NCBI RefSeq assembly: GCF_009914755.1
Contig: NC_060947.1
Direction: 5' to 3' (one strand)
Length of the DNA stretch: 64,000 bases
Source: the human T2T-CHM13v2.0 reference genome, Homo sapiens
Each line of letters opens with the position of its first letter. Positions within the stretch are counted from its first letter, which is position 1. The translations under genes and the position numbers were made by a program. This document shows positions 33,090 through 50,700 of the stretch, piece by piece. The notes under the pieces are model-generated. The model made no database searches and was not told the origin of the DNA. It saw nothing but the letters and a program-made list of their open reading frames with translations.

Positions 33090-33580
33090 ATCATTCTACT
33101 ATAAAGACACATGCACACTTATGTTTATTGTGACACTATTCACATTAGCAAAGACTTGAAACCAACCCAAATATCCATTAATGATAGATTGGATAAAGAA
33201 AATGTGGCACATATACACCATGGAATACTATGCAGCCATAAGAAAGGATGAGTTCATGTCCTTTGCTGGGACCTGGATGAAGCTGGAAACCATCATTCTC
33301 AGCAAACTAACACAAGAACAGAAAACCAAACACTGAATGTTCTCACTCATAAGTGGGAGTTGAACAATAAGAATACATGGATACAGGGAGGGGAACATCA
33401 CACACAGGGGCATGTCTGGAAGTTGGGGGCTGGGGGAGGGATAGCATCAAGAGAAATACCTAATGTAGATGACGGGTTCATGGGTGCAGCAAACCACCAT
33501 GGCACATGTATACCTATGTAACAAATCTGCACGTTCTGCACATGTACCCTAGAACTTGAAGTATAATAATAATAATAAAA
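33090..33580 (+). mobile_element. L1PA7-like 3' fragment
   Basis: 3' UTR gagaaatacctaatgtagatgacgggt, A-rich tail. Confidence 0.88.
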
Positions 33581-33581
33581 G

Positions 33582-36968
<3,387 letters not shown>

Positions 36969-37389
36969 TTTAAAAAAGAAATAACTCTCCTGCGTTCACT
37001 CCCCCTTTTGGAGAGGAAAGTGAACACATTCCCTCTGGTTTTGTTTTATATTTTATGGTGGATGGCAGATGAAAAACAAACATCAAATGTTTGTCAATTT
37101 TTGTTGTGACAGCACCACTCAACATGCATAAACTTATATTTTCTAATGACAATAAAATTCAGATAACATTTCTGTAATTAAAAAACCCTTGAAAATCAGA
37201 GCTGTTTTGTGGGTTTTTAAACCCAGTTTCTCAGGATTAAATTTAAGATGAGACACAGAATGCATTTGTACTCCCCAGTATTTGTCCTTTACTGTTTAAA
37301 AAGAAAACTCTCCAACAGGAAATCAATTTTCTTATTATGATAGTTGTAAAATCTTTATCAACGTCATGACTGATGAAAAGTCATTGTTA

Positions 37390-37925
37390 TAACCACTGTG
37401 AAAAACAGTTTGGATATTTTTTAGTAGGCATTTACTCAAGGGAAAGGGAAACGTATGTCCATATAAAAACCTATATGCAATTGTTTATAGCAGCTCTATT
37501 CATAATCTCCCCAAAGCAGAAACAATCCAAATGTCCATCAGCTAGTGAATGAATGAACACTCTGATTCATCCATCCACACAATGGAACACAATTTATCAA
37601 TTAAAAAAAGCAAACTATTGATACATGAAACAACATGGATGAATCTCAAATGTGTATTGCTAAGCGAAAGAAATCAGACTCAAAAGGTTATATACTGTTT
37701 GAATCCATTTATAAGATATTCTAGAAAATAAAAAACCACAAGGACATAAATCAGACCAGTGGCTGGTGGGAGGGGAGCTGGGAAGTTCTAACTACAAAGG
37801 GACACAAGGGAAATTTTTGAATCATGATTGTGATTATACAGCTGTATGCATTTTTCAAAATTCACAGAACTGTACACCAAAAGGGGGGATTTTAATGTAT
37901 CTAAATTAATCTCACATTAATAAAA
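37390..37925 (+). mobile_element. L1ME/MB 3' fragment
   Basis: aacaacatggatgaatctcaaat...aaattcacagaactgtacac. Confidence 0.7.
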
Positions 37926-38234
37926 CACATTGTAAGATATTATTTAACTATTTCCATTAACAATTACTCACAACTGATTAACTATTCGGTGAAATTTCCA
38001 AGCCCATTTCTTCTTCTCTTGTTGACATTTTGGCTGGTTTCTGGCATATTCACACTTCTACCAGAAAGTGATAGATGCTAAAATGAGAATGGGATAAACC
38101 TTAAATCAGTTGATATTTATTAATTACAAAAAATATAGATGTAAGTATAGGAAAGCCAAGGTCTCAAATTAGTTTTGGGGGTGAGCATGTTAAGAATTAC
38201 AATGATTTATCTCCAGTGATTCTGAAACATAAAA

Positions 38235-38428
38235 GCTTAAAGAGCTTTTGTTTATGTAAATTATATCCTCCAATATTTACCATATCAATAATTAAAACTG
38301 AGAAATGTTAAAAATATTTTTTATTAATTCATTTAAGATGAACAATAATATATCTATTATATGTTAACATAATAATATAAGTATGAAAAACCCCTACATT
38401 TTCAGAAACAAAAAAGATAACCATAGTA
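38235..38428 (-). mobile_element. MER119-like hAT-Charlie element, left piece
   Basis: aaagagcttttgtttatgt...atatttaccatat; continues at 47296. Confidence 0.6.
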
Positions 38429-38816
38429 TGGGGGAAGGGGCCAGGATAGTCGACTAGAAATAGCTGCATTCAGAAGCTCTCACAGACAAGAAAGAAAACG
38501 GCAAGTGAATCCTGCACTGGCAACTGAGGTATCCAGGTTGTCTCAATGAGTCTGACCAGATGGTTGGTGCAACCCAAGGAGAGCAAGGAAAAGCAGGGTG
38601 GTGCAATGGCCCACCTGGGAGCCACATGGGGCAAGGGGAGCTCCCACCCCCAGCCAAGGGAGGTAGTGAGTGATAGTGCTACCCTGCCCAAGAAACCACA
38701 CTTTTTCCATGGATCTGTGCAACCCATGCATCAGGAGATTCCCCTCGTGAGCCCCTGCCTCCAAGGCCTTGGCTCCCAAGCACAGAGCTGTGCAGATTGT
38801 CAATGGCCACTTGGCT

Positions 38817-38992
38817 GCAGACTAAGACTACTTAGTTTCTGGGAGGAGAGGTGGCCACCATCACTGTGGCTCCCTGCAGCCTAAGATGACTGAAGTCCCT
38901 GGGGGAATGGGTGGCAGCCATCACTACAGCTGCCTGCAGCCTAAGATGTCTGAACTCCCTGGGGGAGAGGCAGCAAAAATCACTGCAGATCC
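38817..38992 (+). repeat. Three ~60-bp tandem units in the L1 5' UTR
   Basis: gcag(a/c)ctaaga...ggg...catcact repeated three times. Confidence 0.75.
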
Positions 38993-41265
38993 AGTCAGCC
39001 ATCTTTTCCTGGCTGTCGCAAGGAGACTGGGCAGTTTGAACCCAGGAGGATTTCCCCACCGTGCAGCACAGCAGCTATGGCAGATCATGGCCAGACTGCC
39101 TCTTTAGGCCGGACCCTGACTCATCCCTCTTCACTGGATGAAGCATCCTTGCAGGAATTTCAGCAACTCCAGCCAAGGGTTTAGGGGCAAAACTCTGAAC
39201 TCCCTGAAACTGAGCCTCTGTGGGGAACGGTGGCTGCAGTCTCCACAGATCAGCAGACTTAATCTTTCCCCCTGCTGGCTCTGAGGAATCCGGGCAGTCC
39301 AGATGAGGTTGATTCCCCCCATTGTGGCACAGCCCCTCTGACAAGGGGCAGCCAGAGTGCTTTCTTAAGCAGGTCCCAGATCCCATGACTCCTGACTGGG
39401 TGAGACCCCCCCAACAGGGGTTTCCAGACACTTTATACAGGAGCGTTCCTGCCTGCATTAGGTCTGTTCCTCTCTGGGACAGAGATCCTAGAGGAAAGAA
39501 CAGGCAGCCATCTTTGCTGTTCTGCAGCATCCACAGATGACACCTCCAGGTGTGAGAGGGATCCCAGTGAATAGGGTCTGGAGTGGATCCCCAGAAAACC
39601 ACAGCAGCCCTACAGAAGAGGGGCTTGACTGTTAAAAGAAAAACAAACAGAAAGCAACAATAACTACAACAGCATCAACAAAATAGTCCCCACAAAAACC
39701 CCATTCAAAGGTCAGGAGCCTCAAATATCAAAGACAACTCGTGAAGATGAGAAAGAATGAGTGAAATAATGCTGAAAACAAAAACCCAGAGTGCCTCTTC
39801 TCCTCCAAATGATTGCAACACCTCTGGAGCAAGGGCACAGAACTGGGCAGAGGCTGAGATGGATGAATTGACAGAAGTAGGCTTCAGAAGGTGGGTAATA
39901 ACAAACTTTGCTGAACTAAAGGAGCATTTTCTAACCCAAGGCAAAGAAGCTAAAAATCATGATGAAACACTACAGGAGCTGTTAACTAGAATAAACAGTT
40001 TAGAGAGAAACATAAACGACCTGATGGAGCTGAAAAACACAACACGAGAACTTTACAATGCAATCACAGTATCAAGAGCCAAATTGACCAAGCAGAGCAA
40101 AAAAATTCAGAGCCCGAAGACTCTCTTGCTGAAATAAGACAGGCAGACAAGATTAGAGAAAAACAAAAGAAAAGGAACAACACCTCCAAGAACTATGAAA
40201 TTATGTAAAAAGACTGAACCTACAAATGATTGGGGTACCTGAAAGAGCCAGGGAGAACAGAACCAAGTTGAAAAACATCAGGATATCATCCAGGAGAACT
40301 TCCCCAATCTAACAAGACAGGCCAACATTCAAATTCAGGAAATCCAAAGAGCTCCAATAAGATACTCCATGAGAAGACAAACTACAAGCACATAATCATC
40401 AGATTCTCCAAGGTCAAATTGAAGGAAAAAATGTTAAGGGCAGCCAGAGAGAAAGGTCAGGTCACCTACAAAGGGAAGATCATCAGAATAACAGTGAACA
40501 TTTCAGCAGAAAGTCTATAAGCCAGAAAATATTGGAAGTGAATGTTCAACATTCTTAAAGAAAAGAATTTCCAACTCAGAATTTCATATCTGGCCAAACT
40601 AAGCTTCATAAATGAAGGAGAAATAAAACCCTTTACAGACAAGCAAATGCTGAGGGTTTTTATCACCACCAGGCCTGCTTTGCAAGAGCTCCTGAGGGAA
40701 GCACTAAATATGGAAAGGAAAAACCATTAAAAGCCACTTCAAAAACCCACTGAAGTACAAAAATCAATGACGAACTACATTAACAAGTCTGCAAAATAAC
40801 CAGATAGCATCATGATGACAGAATCAAATTAACACATAACAATCTTAACCTTAAATGTAAATGGGCTGAAAAATGTCCCAATTCAAAGACACAAAATTGC
40901 CAGCTGGATAAAGAGTCAAGACCCATCTCACGTACAAAGACACACATAGGCTCAAAATATAGGGATGGAGGAATATTTACCAAGCAAATGGAAAGCAGAA
41001 AAAAGCAGGAATTGCAATCCTAATTTCTGACAAAACAGATTTTAAACCAACAAAGGTCACCCAAGACAAAGAAGGGCATTAAATAATAATAGAGGAATCA
41101 ATTCAAAAAGAAGAGCTAACTATCTTAAATATATATGCACCCAGATTCATAAAACAAGTTCTTAGAGGCCTACAAAGAGGCTTAGATTCCCACAGAACAA
41201 TAGTGGGAAACTTTAACACCCCACTGTCAATATTAGACAGGTCATTGAGACAGAAAATTAACAAG

Positions 41266-41619
41266 TGATATGGTTTGGCTGTGTCCCCACCCAAATCTCA
41301 CCTGGAATTTAAATAATCTCCATGTGTGAAGGGCAGGTCCAGGTAGAGATAATTGAATCAGTGAGGTGGTTTTCCCCATACTGTTCTCGTGGTAGTGAAT
41401 AAGTCTCATGGGATCTGATGGTTTTATACAGGGGAGTTCCCCTGCACAAGCTTTCATGCCTGCTAAAATGTAAGATACCTTTGCTTCTCCTTCACCTTCC
41501 ACCATGATTGTGAGGCCTCCACAGCCATGTGAAACTGTGAGTCCATTAAATCTCTTTCCTTTTTAAATTACCCAGTCTTTGGCATGTCTTTATTAGCAGC
41601 GTGAGAACAGACTAATACA
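41266..41619 (+). mobile_element. THE1C/D solo LTR
   Basis: tgatatggtttggctgtgtccccacccaaatctca...gactaataca; perfect 5-bp TSD acaag. Confidence 0.95.
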
Positions 41620-42368
41620 ACAAGGATATGAACAAGGACTTGAACTCAGCTCTGGATCAAGTAAATCTGATAGATATCTACAGAATTCTACACCTCAAAT
41701 CAAAGGAATATACATTCTTCTTGGTGCCACATGGCACTTACTCTGAAATCAATCACATAATTTGGAGTAAAATACTCTTTGGCAAATGCAAAACAACTGA
41801 AATCATAACAAACAGTTTCTCACATCACAGCACAGTCAAATTAGAACTTAAGATAAAGAAACTCACTCAAAACCACACAACTCATGGAAATTGAACAACC
41901 AGCTCCTGAATAACTCCTGGGTAAATAATGAAATTAAAACAGAGATCAAGAAGTTCTTTGAAACCAATGAGAACAAAGAGACAACATACCAGAACCTCTG
42001 GGATGCAGCTATACCAGCGTTAAGAGGGAAATTTATAGCACTAAATGCCCACATCAAAAAGCTAGGAAGATCTCAAATCAATACCCTAGCATGACAACTA
42101 AAATAACTAGAGAACCAAGAGCAAACAAACCCCAAAGCTAGAAGACAAGAAATAACCAAGATCAGAGTGGAACTTAAAGAAATAGAGATAGAAAAACCTT
42201 CAGAAATCAATAAATCCAGTGGCTGTTTTTTGAAAAAAATAATAAAATAGAAAGCTAGCTAGATTTATGAAGAAGAAAAGAGAAAAGAATCAAATAGACA
42301 CAATAAAAAATGATAAAGGGGATATTACCACTTACCCCACAGAAATACAAACAATTATCAGAGAATAA

Positions 42369-42852
<484 letters not shown>

Positions 42853-44808
42853 GACCAGACAGTTTTACAGCTTAATTCTACCAGAAGTACAAAGAGAAGC
42901 TGGTACCATTGGTACCATTTCTTCTGAAACTATTAGAAACAATTGAAAAAGAGGGACTTCTCTCTAACTCATTTTATGAGGCCAGCATCATCCTGATACC
43001 AAAACCTGGCAGAGATACAACAACAAAAAAATTTCAAGCCAGTATTTCTGATGAATATCAATGCAAAAATCCTCAAGAACATACAGGCAAACCAAATCCA
43101 GTGGCACAACAAAAAGCATATTCAACACGAACAAGCCAGATTCATCCCCAGGATGCAATACTGGTTCAACATATGCAAATCAATAAACGTAATCCATCAC
43201 ATAAACAAAACCAATGACAAAAACCACATGATCATCTCAATAGATGCAGAAAAGGCCTTCGATAAAATTCAACATCCCCTCATGTTAAAAACTCTCAATA
43301 GACTAGGTATTGATGGAACATACCATAAAATAATCAGAGCCATTTATGACAGACCCACAGCCAATATCATACTGAATGAGCAAAAGCTGGAAGCATTCCC
43401 CTGGAAAACCTCCACAAGACAGGGATGCCCTCTCTCACCACTCTTATTGAACATAGTATTGGAAGTTCTGGCCAGGGCAATCAGGCAAGAGAAAGAAATA
43501 AAGCACATTCAAATAGGAAAAGAGAAAGGCAAACTGTCTCTGTTTGCAGATGACATGATCCTATATTTAGAAAACCCCATCCTCTAAGCCCAAAAGCTTC
43601 TTAAGCTGATAAGCAACTTTAGCAAAGTCTCAGGATAAAAAATGAATGTGCAAAAATTACAAGCATTTCTATACACCAGCAACAGACAAGCAGAGAGCCA
43701 AATCATGAATGAACTCCCATTCACAATTGCTACAAAGAGAATAAAATACCTAGGAATACAGTAACAAGGGAAGGGAAGGACCTCTTCAAGGAGAACTACA
43801 AACCACTGCTCAAGGAAATAAGAGAGGACACAAACAAATGGGAAAAACATTCCATACTAATGGATAAGAAGAATCAATATTGTGAAAATGGCCATACTGC
43901 CACAAATAATTTATAGATTTAATGTGATTTCCATTAAACTACCATTGACATTCTTCACAGAATTAGAAAAAATACTTTAAAATTTATATGGAACCAAAAA
44001 ATAGCCTATATAACGAAGACAATCCTAAGGAAAAAGAACAAAGCTGGAAGCATCATGCCACCCAACTTCAAACTGTACTACAAGGCTACGGTCACTAAAA
44101 CAGCATGGTCCTGGTACAAAAAAGGACACACAGACCAATGGAAGAGAATAGAGATCACAGAAATGAGACCACACATCTAAAAACATCTCATCTTCAACAA
44201 ACCTGACAAAAACAAGCAATGGGGAAAAGATTCTCTATTTAATAAAAGGTGCTGGAAAAACTGGCTAACTGTATGCATGCAGAACATAGAAACTGAATCC
44301 CTTCCTTACACCTTAAACAAAAATAAACTAAAGATGGGTTAAAGACTTAAACGTAAAACCTTAAACTGTGAAAATCCTAGAAGAAAATCTAGGCAATATT
44401 ATTCAGGACATAAGCATGGGCAAAGATTTCATGATGAAAATATCAAAAGCAATTGCAACAAATGCAAACATTGACAAATGGGATCTAATTAAACTAAGGA
44501 GCTTCTGCACAGCAAAAGAAATTATTATCAGAGTGAACAGACAACCTACAGAATGGAAGAAAGTTTTTGCAGTATATCCATCTGAGAAAGGTCTAATATC
44601 CAGAATCTATAAGGAACTTAAAGAAATTTACAAGAAAAAAAATAAACAACCCTATCAAAAAGTGGGCAAAGAATATGAACAAGCCGCTTCTCAAAAGAAG
44701 ACTTTTATTCAGCCAACAAACATGAAAAAAAGCTCAACATCACTGATCATTAGAGAAATGCAAATCAAAACCACAATGAGATATCATCTCAAGTCAGTCA
44801 GAATGGTG

Positions 44809-45638
44809 TTTTTTTCAAGATTCTGAAAACTTTTAATGTACATATAGCAATTTGTACACTATAGCAAAAATTGCATTATTCAAGAATAAGTTACTTGTAC
44901 AGTACATAAACAATACATAAAAATGTGCAAAATACCTTCTGCCTATAATCATACAAGATGAATCCACTTTTTGTGTTATCAAAATGTACTGTATATTCTA
45001 ACCAAACACTGGATGTCAGATGCGTCCTTAATATACTCTCAAGTTCCTCTAGCTTGTGGGAGATATTAGAGCTAACACCTCTGCAATAAAGGACTTAGCC
45101 CTGAATGGAAAGCATGAAGGAATCTCAGGCAACCCTCAAGGAAGGGTCCAAGGCCTTGATTTTAGGTTAAGAAACTGTTATGTAAAAATAGTGTTCTCTG
45201 GCCCAAGATTTTAATGATTGCTATTCCTTTTTCCTATGGTCTAGAAGTGATCAAAGGCAGCTTTATACCAGATAAAGCCATATGGATTGCTGGTCTAATA
45301 TTCAAGGCAGGTTAGTTGACTTAATTCTTTGGTGCTGGTGACTGTTAGTTTGTAAAAGTTCAATAAAGTCAGATGAAGAAAGTGATGGTCCTGGGAGCTG
45401 TCAAGCTGTACTGTTGGGGTCTGTAATTAAGGCTAACTGGAGGGATCATGATGTCTAATTTCCAATCTGGTGTTGAGCCATGGCTCTTGGTGGAAGTTGC
45501 TGGCAGGGCCTGATAGGGACTGGAAGGAGATTGATGGGGTGTGCTGTGCCTGTGGTGGCCTTTTCTTTGTGCTGGAGCAGGCCCAGCTGATGAAGGGGTG
45601 TGCAGCTGTGTGGGGCATGCACCTTACTGGCTGCAGCT
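44809..45638 (-). pseudogene. 5'-truncated processed copy of an unidentified mRNA (3' end/3' UTR)
   Basis: Non-repeat sequence inside L1 ORF2; ATTAAA about 16 nt before an A-tail on the minus strand; flanked by agaatggtg duplication. Confidence 0.8.
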
Positions 45639-45653
45639 AGAATGGTGATTATT

Positions 45654-46188
45654 TTTTTTTATTATACTTTAAGTTTTAGGGTACATGTGTGCAACGTGCA
45701 GGTTAGTTACATATGTATACATGTGCCATGTTGGTGTGCTGCACCCATTAACTCGTCATTTAACATTAGGTATATCTCCTAATACTATCCCTCCCCCCTC
45801 CCCCATCCCACAACAGGCCCCCCCGGTATGTGATGTTCCCCTTCCTGTGTCCATGTGTTCTCATTGTTCAATTCCCACCTATGAGTGAGAACATGCGGTG
45901 TTTGGTTTTCTGTCCTTGTGATAGTTTGCTGAGAATGATGGTTTCCAGCTTCATCCATGTCCCTACAAAGGACATGAACTCATCCTTTTTTATGGCTGCA
46001 TAGTATTCCATGGTGTATATGTGCCACATTTTCTTAATCCAGTCTATCATTGTTGGACATTTGGGTTGGTTCCAAGTCTTTGCTATTGTGAATAGTGCCA
46101 CAATAAACATATGTGTGCATGTGTCTTTATAGCAGCATGATTTATAATCCTTTGGGTATATACCCAGTAATGGGATGGCTGGGTCAAA
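45654..46188 (-). mobile_element. L1PA3-5-type 3' end (non-inverted arm of an inverted insertion)
   Basis: Young L1PA 3' UTR; ORF2 C-terminus MFSLIGGN. Confidence 0.92.
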
Positions 46189-46592
46189 GGGATGATTTCT
46201 GCATTTCCAACTGAGGTACCAGGTTCATCTCACTGGGGAGTGTCAGAAAGTGGGTGCAGGACAGTGGGTGCAATGCATTGAGCCTGAGCTGAAGCAGGGC
46301 GAGGCATCGCCTCACCCAGGAAGCACAAGGGGTCTGGGAATTTCCTTTCCTAGTCAAAGAAAGGGGTGACAGATGGCACCTGGAAAATTTGGTCACTCCC
46401 ACCCTAATACTGCGCTTTTCCAATGGTCTTAGCAAACGGCACAATAGGAGATTATATCTGACGCCCGGCTCGGAGGGTCCTACACCCACGGAGCCTCGCT
46501 CATTGCTAGCACAGCAGTCTGAGATCAAACTGCAAGGTGGCAGCGAGGCTGGGGAAGGGGCGCCCGCCATTGCCAAGGCTTGAGTAGGTAAA
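46189..46592 (+). mobile_element. L1PA 5' UTR fragment (inverted arm)
   Basis: gatttctgcatttccaactgaggtacc...gcttgagtaggtaaa matches roughly nt 75-480 of the L1PA 5' UTR; whole insertion bounded by TSD agaatggtgattatt. Confidence 0.9.
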
Positions 46593-47295
46593 GAATGGTG
46601 ATTATTAAAAAGTCAAGAAACAACAGATGCTGGCAAGGCTGTGGAGAAATAGAAACACTTTTACACTTTTGTTGGGAATGTAAATTAGTTCAACCATTGT
46701 GGAAGACAGTGTGACAATTCCCCAAAGACCTAGAACCAGAAATGCCATTTGACCCAGCAATCCCATTACTGGGTATATACCCAAAGGAATATAAATAATT
46801 CTATTATAAGGATACATACACATGTATGTTCATTGCAGCACTATTTACAGTAGCCAAGACATAGAATCAACCCAAATGCCCATCAGTGATAGACTGGATA
46901 AAGAAAATACAGTACACATACAACATGGAATACTATTCAGCCATAATAAAGAATGAAATCATGTCCTTTGCAGGGACATGGATGGAGCAGGAAGTCATTA
47001 TCCTTAGCAAACTAACACAGAAACAGAAAACCAAACATGGCGCCTTCTCACTTACAGGTTGGAGCTGAACAATAAGAACACATAGACACAGGGAGGAGAA
47101 CACCACCCACTGGGGCCTGTGGTGGGGGTGGGGGGAGAAAGAGCATCAGGATAAAGAGCTAATGCATGCAGGGCTTAATGCCTAAGTGATGGGTTGACAG
47201 GTGCAGCAGACCACCATGGCACATGTTTACCTATGTAACAAACCTTCATGTCCTGTACATGTATCCCGACTTAAAATAAAATAAAATTTTAAAAA

Positions 47296-47552
47296 ATGAT
47301 AGCAAGAGGAGTGCCATAATTTTACATTTTTCCAAGTGTCTGGCTTAAGCGAAGACAGCTGGATTCTCATATCTACTTCTGCATTCAGCCCATTGTGATA
47401 CACCACTCGACTGTAAACTTGTAAGAGGATGAGGGTAAAAAAGGAAAATATTATTTTAGTATTATTATAAAAATTGTTTTGATTTTATGAACACCCTGAG
47501 AAGGGATTAGAGACCTGCAAGGGTTCCCGGACTACATAGTTAGAATAGTTGT
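47296..47552 (-). mobile_element. MER119-like hAT-Charlie element, right piece
   Basis: gaagacagctggattctcatatctacttctgcattca...gggttcccggactaca. Confidence 0.7.
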
Positions 47553-47584
47553 TCTACACTATTAGTGTAGGGAAAATGATGCAA

Positions 47585-47785
47585 TATTTATAAAATACTT
47601 ACTATAAGTTAGGCACTGTGCTTAATACTTTGTATACATTACATATTATTTTCCTCATTTTATAGATGAGAAAACAGAGGTTTTGGGCCATTAAGTGGTT
47701 CAGATCCCACTGGTAGTAAATGGTAAAGTTAGGATTGAAACCTAGGCCTGTCTGCCTGTAAAGCAAGGCCTTTCTTCACCATACC
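47585..47785 (-). mobile_element. MIR
   Basis: ctcattttatagatgagaaaacagagg core. Confidence 0.7.
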
Positions 47786-50700
47786 CCAACTCCAATTTTA
47801 CCAATAATTGATGTGTGGCCATGGAACCTGTTTCTATCCTGTAGTTGAAAGAAATAGGACTTTACATTGCTGGAACAACTAAGGATTTTGCATAATTAGC
47901 TTTATTCCATGCATTTGGAATTTATTCCTCATAAAATTGAAAGGGATTAATGACTGACAGAAGGCAGGCCTTCATGCTAGTAGAAGTTATTTCCAAATTT
48001 CCCTTTCAAAATCCTTCCTTTCCCTGCATTTTCAAATCCAGAGCACAATCATCCTCCAACTACCTTTTTATTCCTCAGTATCTCTTGCAGGAAGGGATCG
48101 ATAAAACCAATTCTCACTTAGGTGTTAGGGATTTAATGATACTCCTCTGAAGAGTATTTTTACTACCTGAGGGTGGGGAATGGCTCTTATTCATCTTTGT
48201 AACCCTAGCAACCTGCACACTGGAACTGTCAGTGTCCAATAAATATTGGTTGCCTTTAATGGGAAGTAAAAGGCCAAAGAGGGAGTTTTTGAAACCAAAG
48301 AAAGAATGAAATTTCAGTTATCAGTGGGGGAAATATATTTATTGGACCCAATAAATCACAACATACATAAAACTACATATCTAACTGCATGGAAGGACAA
48401 CGAAAATATTTGCTTTAATGTAAATGTCCTTTATGTTCAGTTTTGATTTGACTGTTCTAGAAACTCTGGAAAGTAGATATTGTTGATTTGACAGTAGTTA
48501 ACCTTCTAAAATGTTAAAATGTTAAATATCATTATTAAAACTAATATTTTTGGCTACATTATTTTTATGCTGTTGGTTTTCTCACACGCATTGGAGAGAT
48601 CCAGAGAGTGTAACTTCAACTGACAGTGATGTTGTTAATTACTTCTCTCATCAATGGTTTGTCTCTATTGTAGCTTGTGCAGCAATTAAAAGAAAGTTCC
48701 TAGTTATCTTTTTCATTCATTGCATTTGGAAGTTTGCACTAATCTAAGAAGGAAGAGACCTAATCATTGCGTAGAGGATCAAAACTGGGGCATGGTACAT
48801 GATAGGTATGCTCAAACTGTAAACTAGTCTTTCCCTGATATCAATATCATTTCTGTCTCTAACCAAATTGTGTTTACATTGAATGCAGTTTTTTAAATCT
48901 GCAGAGGAATAATGCAAATGATAATTGTGTGTGGTAGTTTTTAAAAATGTGTTTTTAATTTTAAATTTGAAAATAACCATGTTAAATGTAATAGCTTCCA
49001 GTCAGAATTCATTTTAAAAATGCTGATGTATATTGGCTCAGAATTAACTCTTTGTAATTCTAAGCCCAATACCGAGTTTGCCCATGTATAAATAATGATT
49101 GATAGACAAGGTTATTAAGTTTTGCCTTGTTGGTATGGCTGCCTTCTAGAAAAATAAAAAATATTAACTTGCCATCAACCTCTAGGAGAGATGGCAATTG
49201 TTATAAAATCCAAGGAACAACTTGCTCTACCCATGTGTTTGTCAGTAAAAGCTCAGTATCAGAGGAATTCAACTATTAATTATGTAAGTTCTTAGATAGT
49301 TGCAATACAATACTACTGGCAGTCTCTTTCTATTCATACTGAAGTCTTATTTCTACTCTGGGCTTTAGATGTCTTATCAAGATGGTCAAAAGGAATCATT
49401 TATGTGCTAAAATTACCCTAGGTAAGGGCACTTCTATGTCATACAGAATATTGAAATGTGACAAGAACTTTATTTTTTCATCACTGTAGTAGATAACGCT
49501 GAAGATTTTCCTGATCTAATTGGATTCGGATAAGCAGACTGAAGTAACACTACACTGTGGATCTTGCTATAAGTGTTTCTCATTCAGCAAATAAAAATGG
49601 CTAATATTTTATAGTCACTTTTTAATAACTTCTTTTCTTCCCTAAAAGCCCCCTTTGGGAGTGAAATACTTCACTACTGCTAATGTTTTCTACTCTATGG
49701 AGGCATCACCATATGCGTAATGCACTCGGTCTCTCTTCACTCTTTACTATTCCTCCACCATGAGAGGTAGAGTGACATGGTTAATAAGTTTGGGAACAAA
49801 AACTGGATTTTAATACAGCCCCCTCTTTCTTACTGGATACGATCTACATCCTCTTTTGCTCTTCTAAGAAAAGGACTCCCCATGCAACCTACGCTCTCAT
49901 ACAGCATCACCTTTAACTAGATAGAGATAATTGTTAATGCTAAGATTCAGTGTCAAGAAATACTCCTGACCAGTAACAATAGTTACATCCTTCAATCCAG
50001 ACTTTATCAGTAATAAAAGTTCACTGTCTTGTCTTATGTCACATATGATTCAGAATTCACATAGGAAAAGGGTGACCTTTTAATAATGCCAACACCAGTC
50101 TCCATCATCAACCTACTCCGCCATTCTTCCCAATGTAAACCATTCTCTCATTTACCTGTTCATTCATCTGTTCCGTTTACTTTCTACCTGCCTACCAACC
50201 CATATAGCATCTAAAAGAACTACAGTTATCACTATGTTTACTAATATATGGTGTAACCTTGGATCTTACCTAAAAGGAACTCAACATTATAGGAATTAAA
50301 CCAAAAATCATTACAAATTTGAGGCAGAGTTTTTCCTAGGGCACTGTGAATTGAAAATTTCCCTGTCTTCTTTGCCCAAGGGGATTGGTAGTGAGGGAAA
50401 AGTGACTCCTTTTGTGACTACTAAAATTGAGACCATTATACAAACAATTGCCTAATAAAATCTCCAATTATCTACAAAGTAAAATAATCAGGCTACTTCT
50501 TCTCACTTCCAATATATCTATTTTATAACTTTATTTTCCTCATTTAATGCTACATTTAACGTATATTTGAATCTTATTTTACTATAAGTAGGTTTAGGAA
50601 TATGTATAGAGAGTGGATAAAAGTACATGGTGTGGTTTCCTCCATGAATTCCTCCTCTGGAAGACCCTAGATTCATGCCACCCCAAGGAAAGTCTTGATA

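Noticed and set aside
30649-33580. Twin-priming inversion as a single L1 insertion
   Set aside because: The two arms overlap by about 250 nt yet differ substantially and carry different subfamily diagnostics (aatgagatc versus gatgagttc); no TSD.
38817-38992. Tandem units as a CRISPR-like or novel array
   Set aside because: No unique spacers; it is a degenerate tandem repeat within an older L1PA 5' UTR in eukaryotic DNA.
42901-42919. tggtaccat tandem duplication in L1 ORF2
   Set aside because: Ordinary 9-bp slippage in a dead element.
49834-49916. P-loop/ADCY10-like resemblance of VMLYESVGCMGS
   Set aside because: Lacks the GxxxxGK[ST] consensus, and the order of surrounding segments does not fit.
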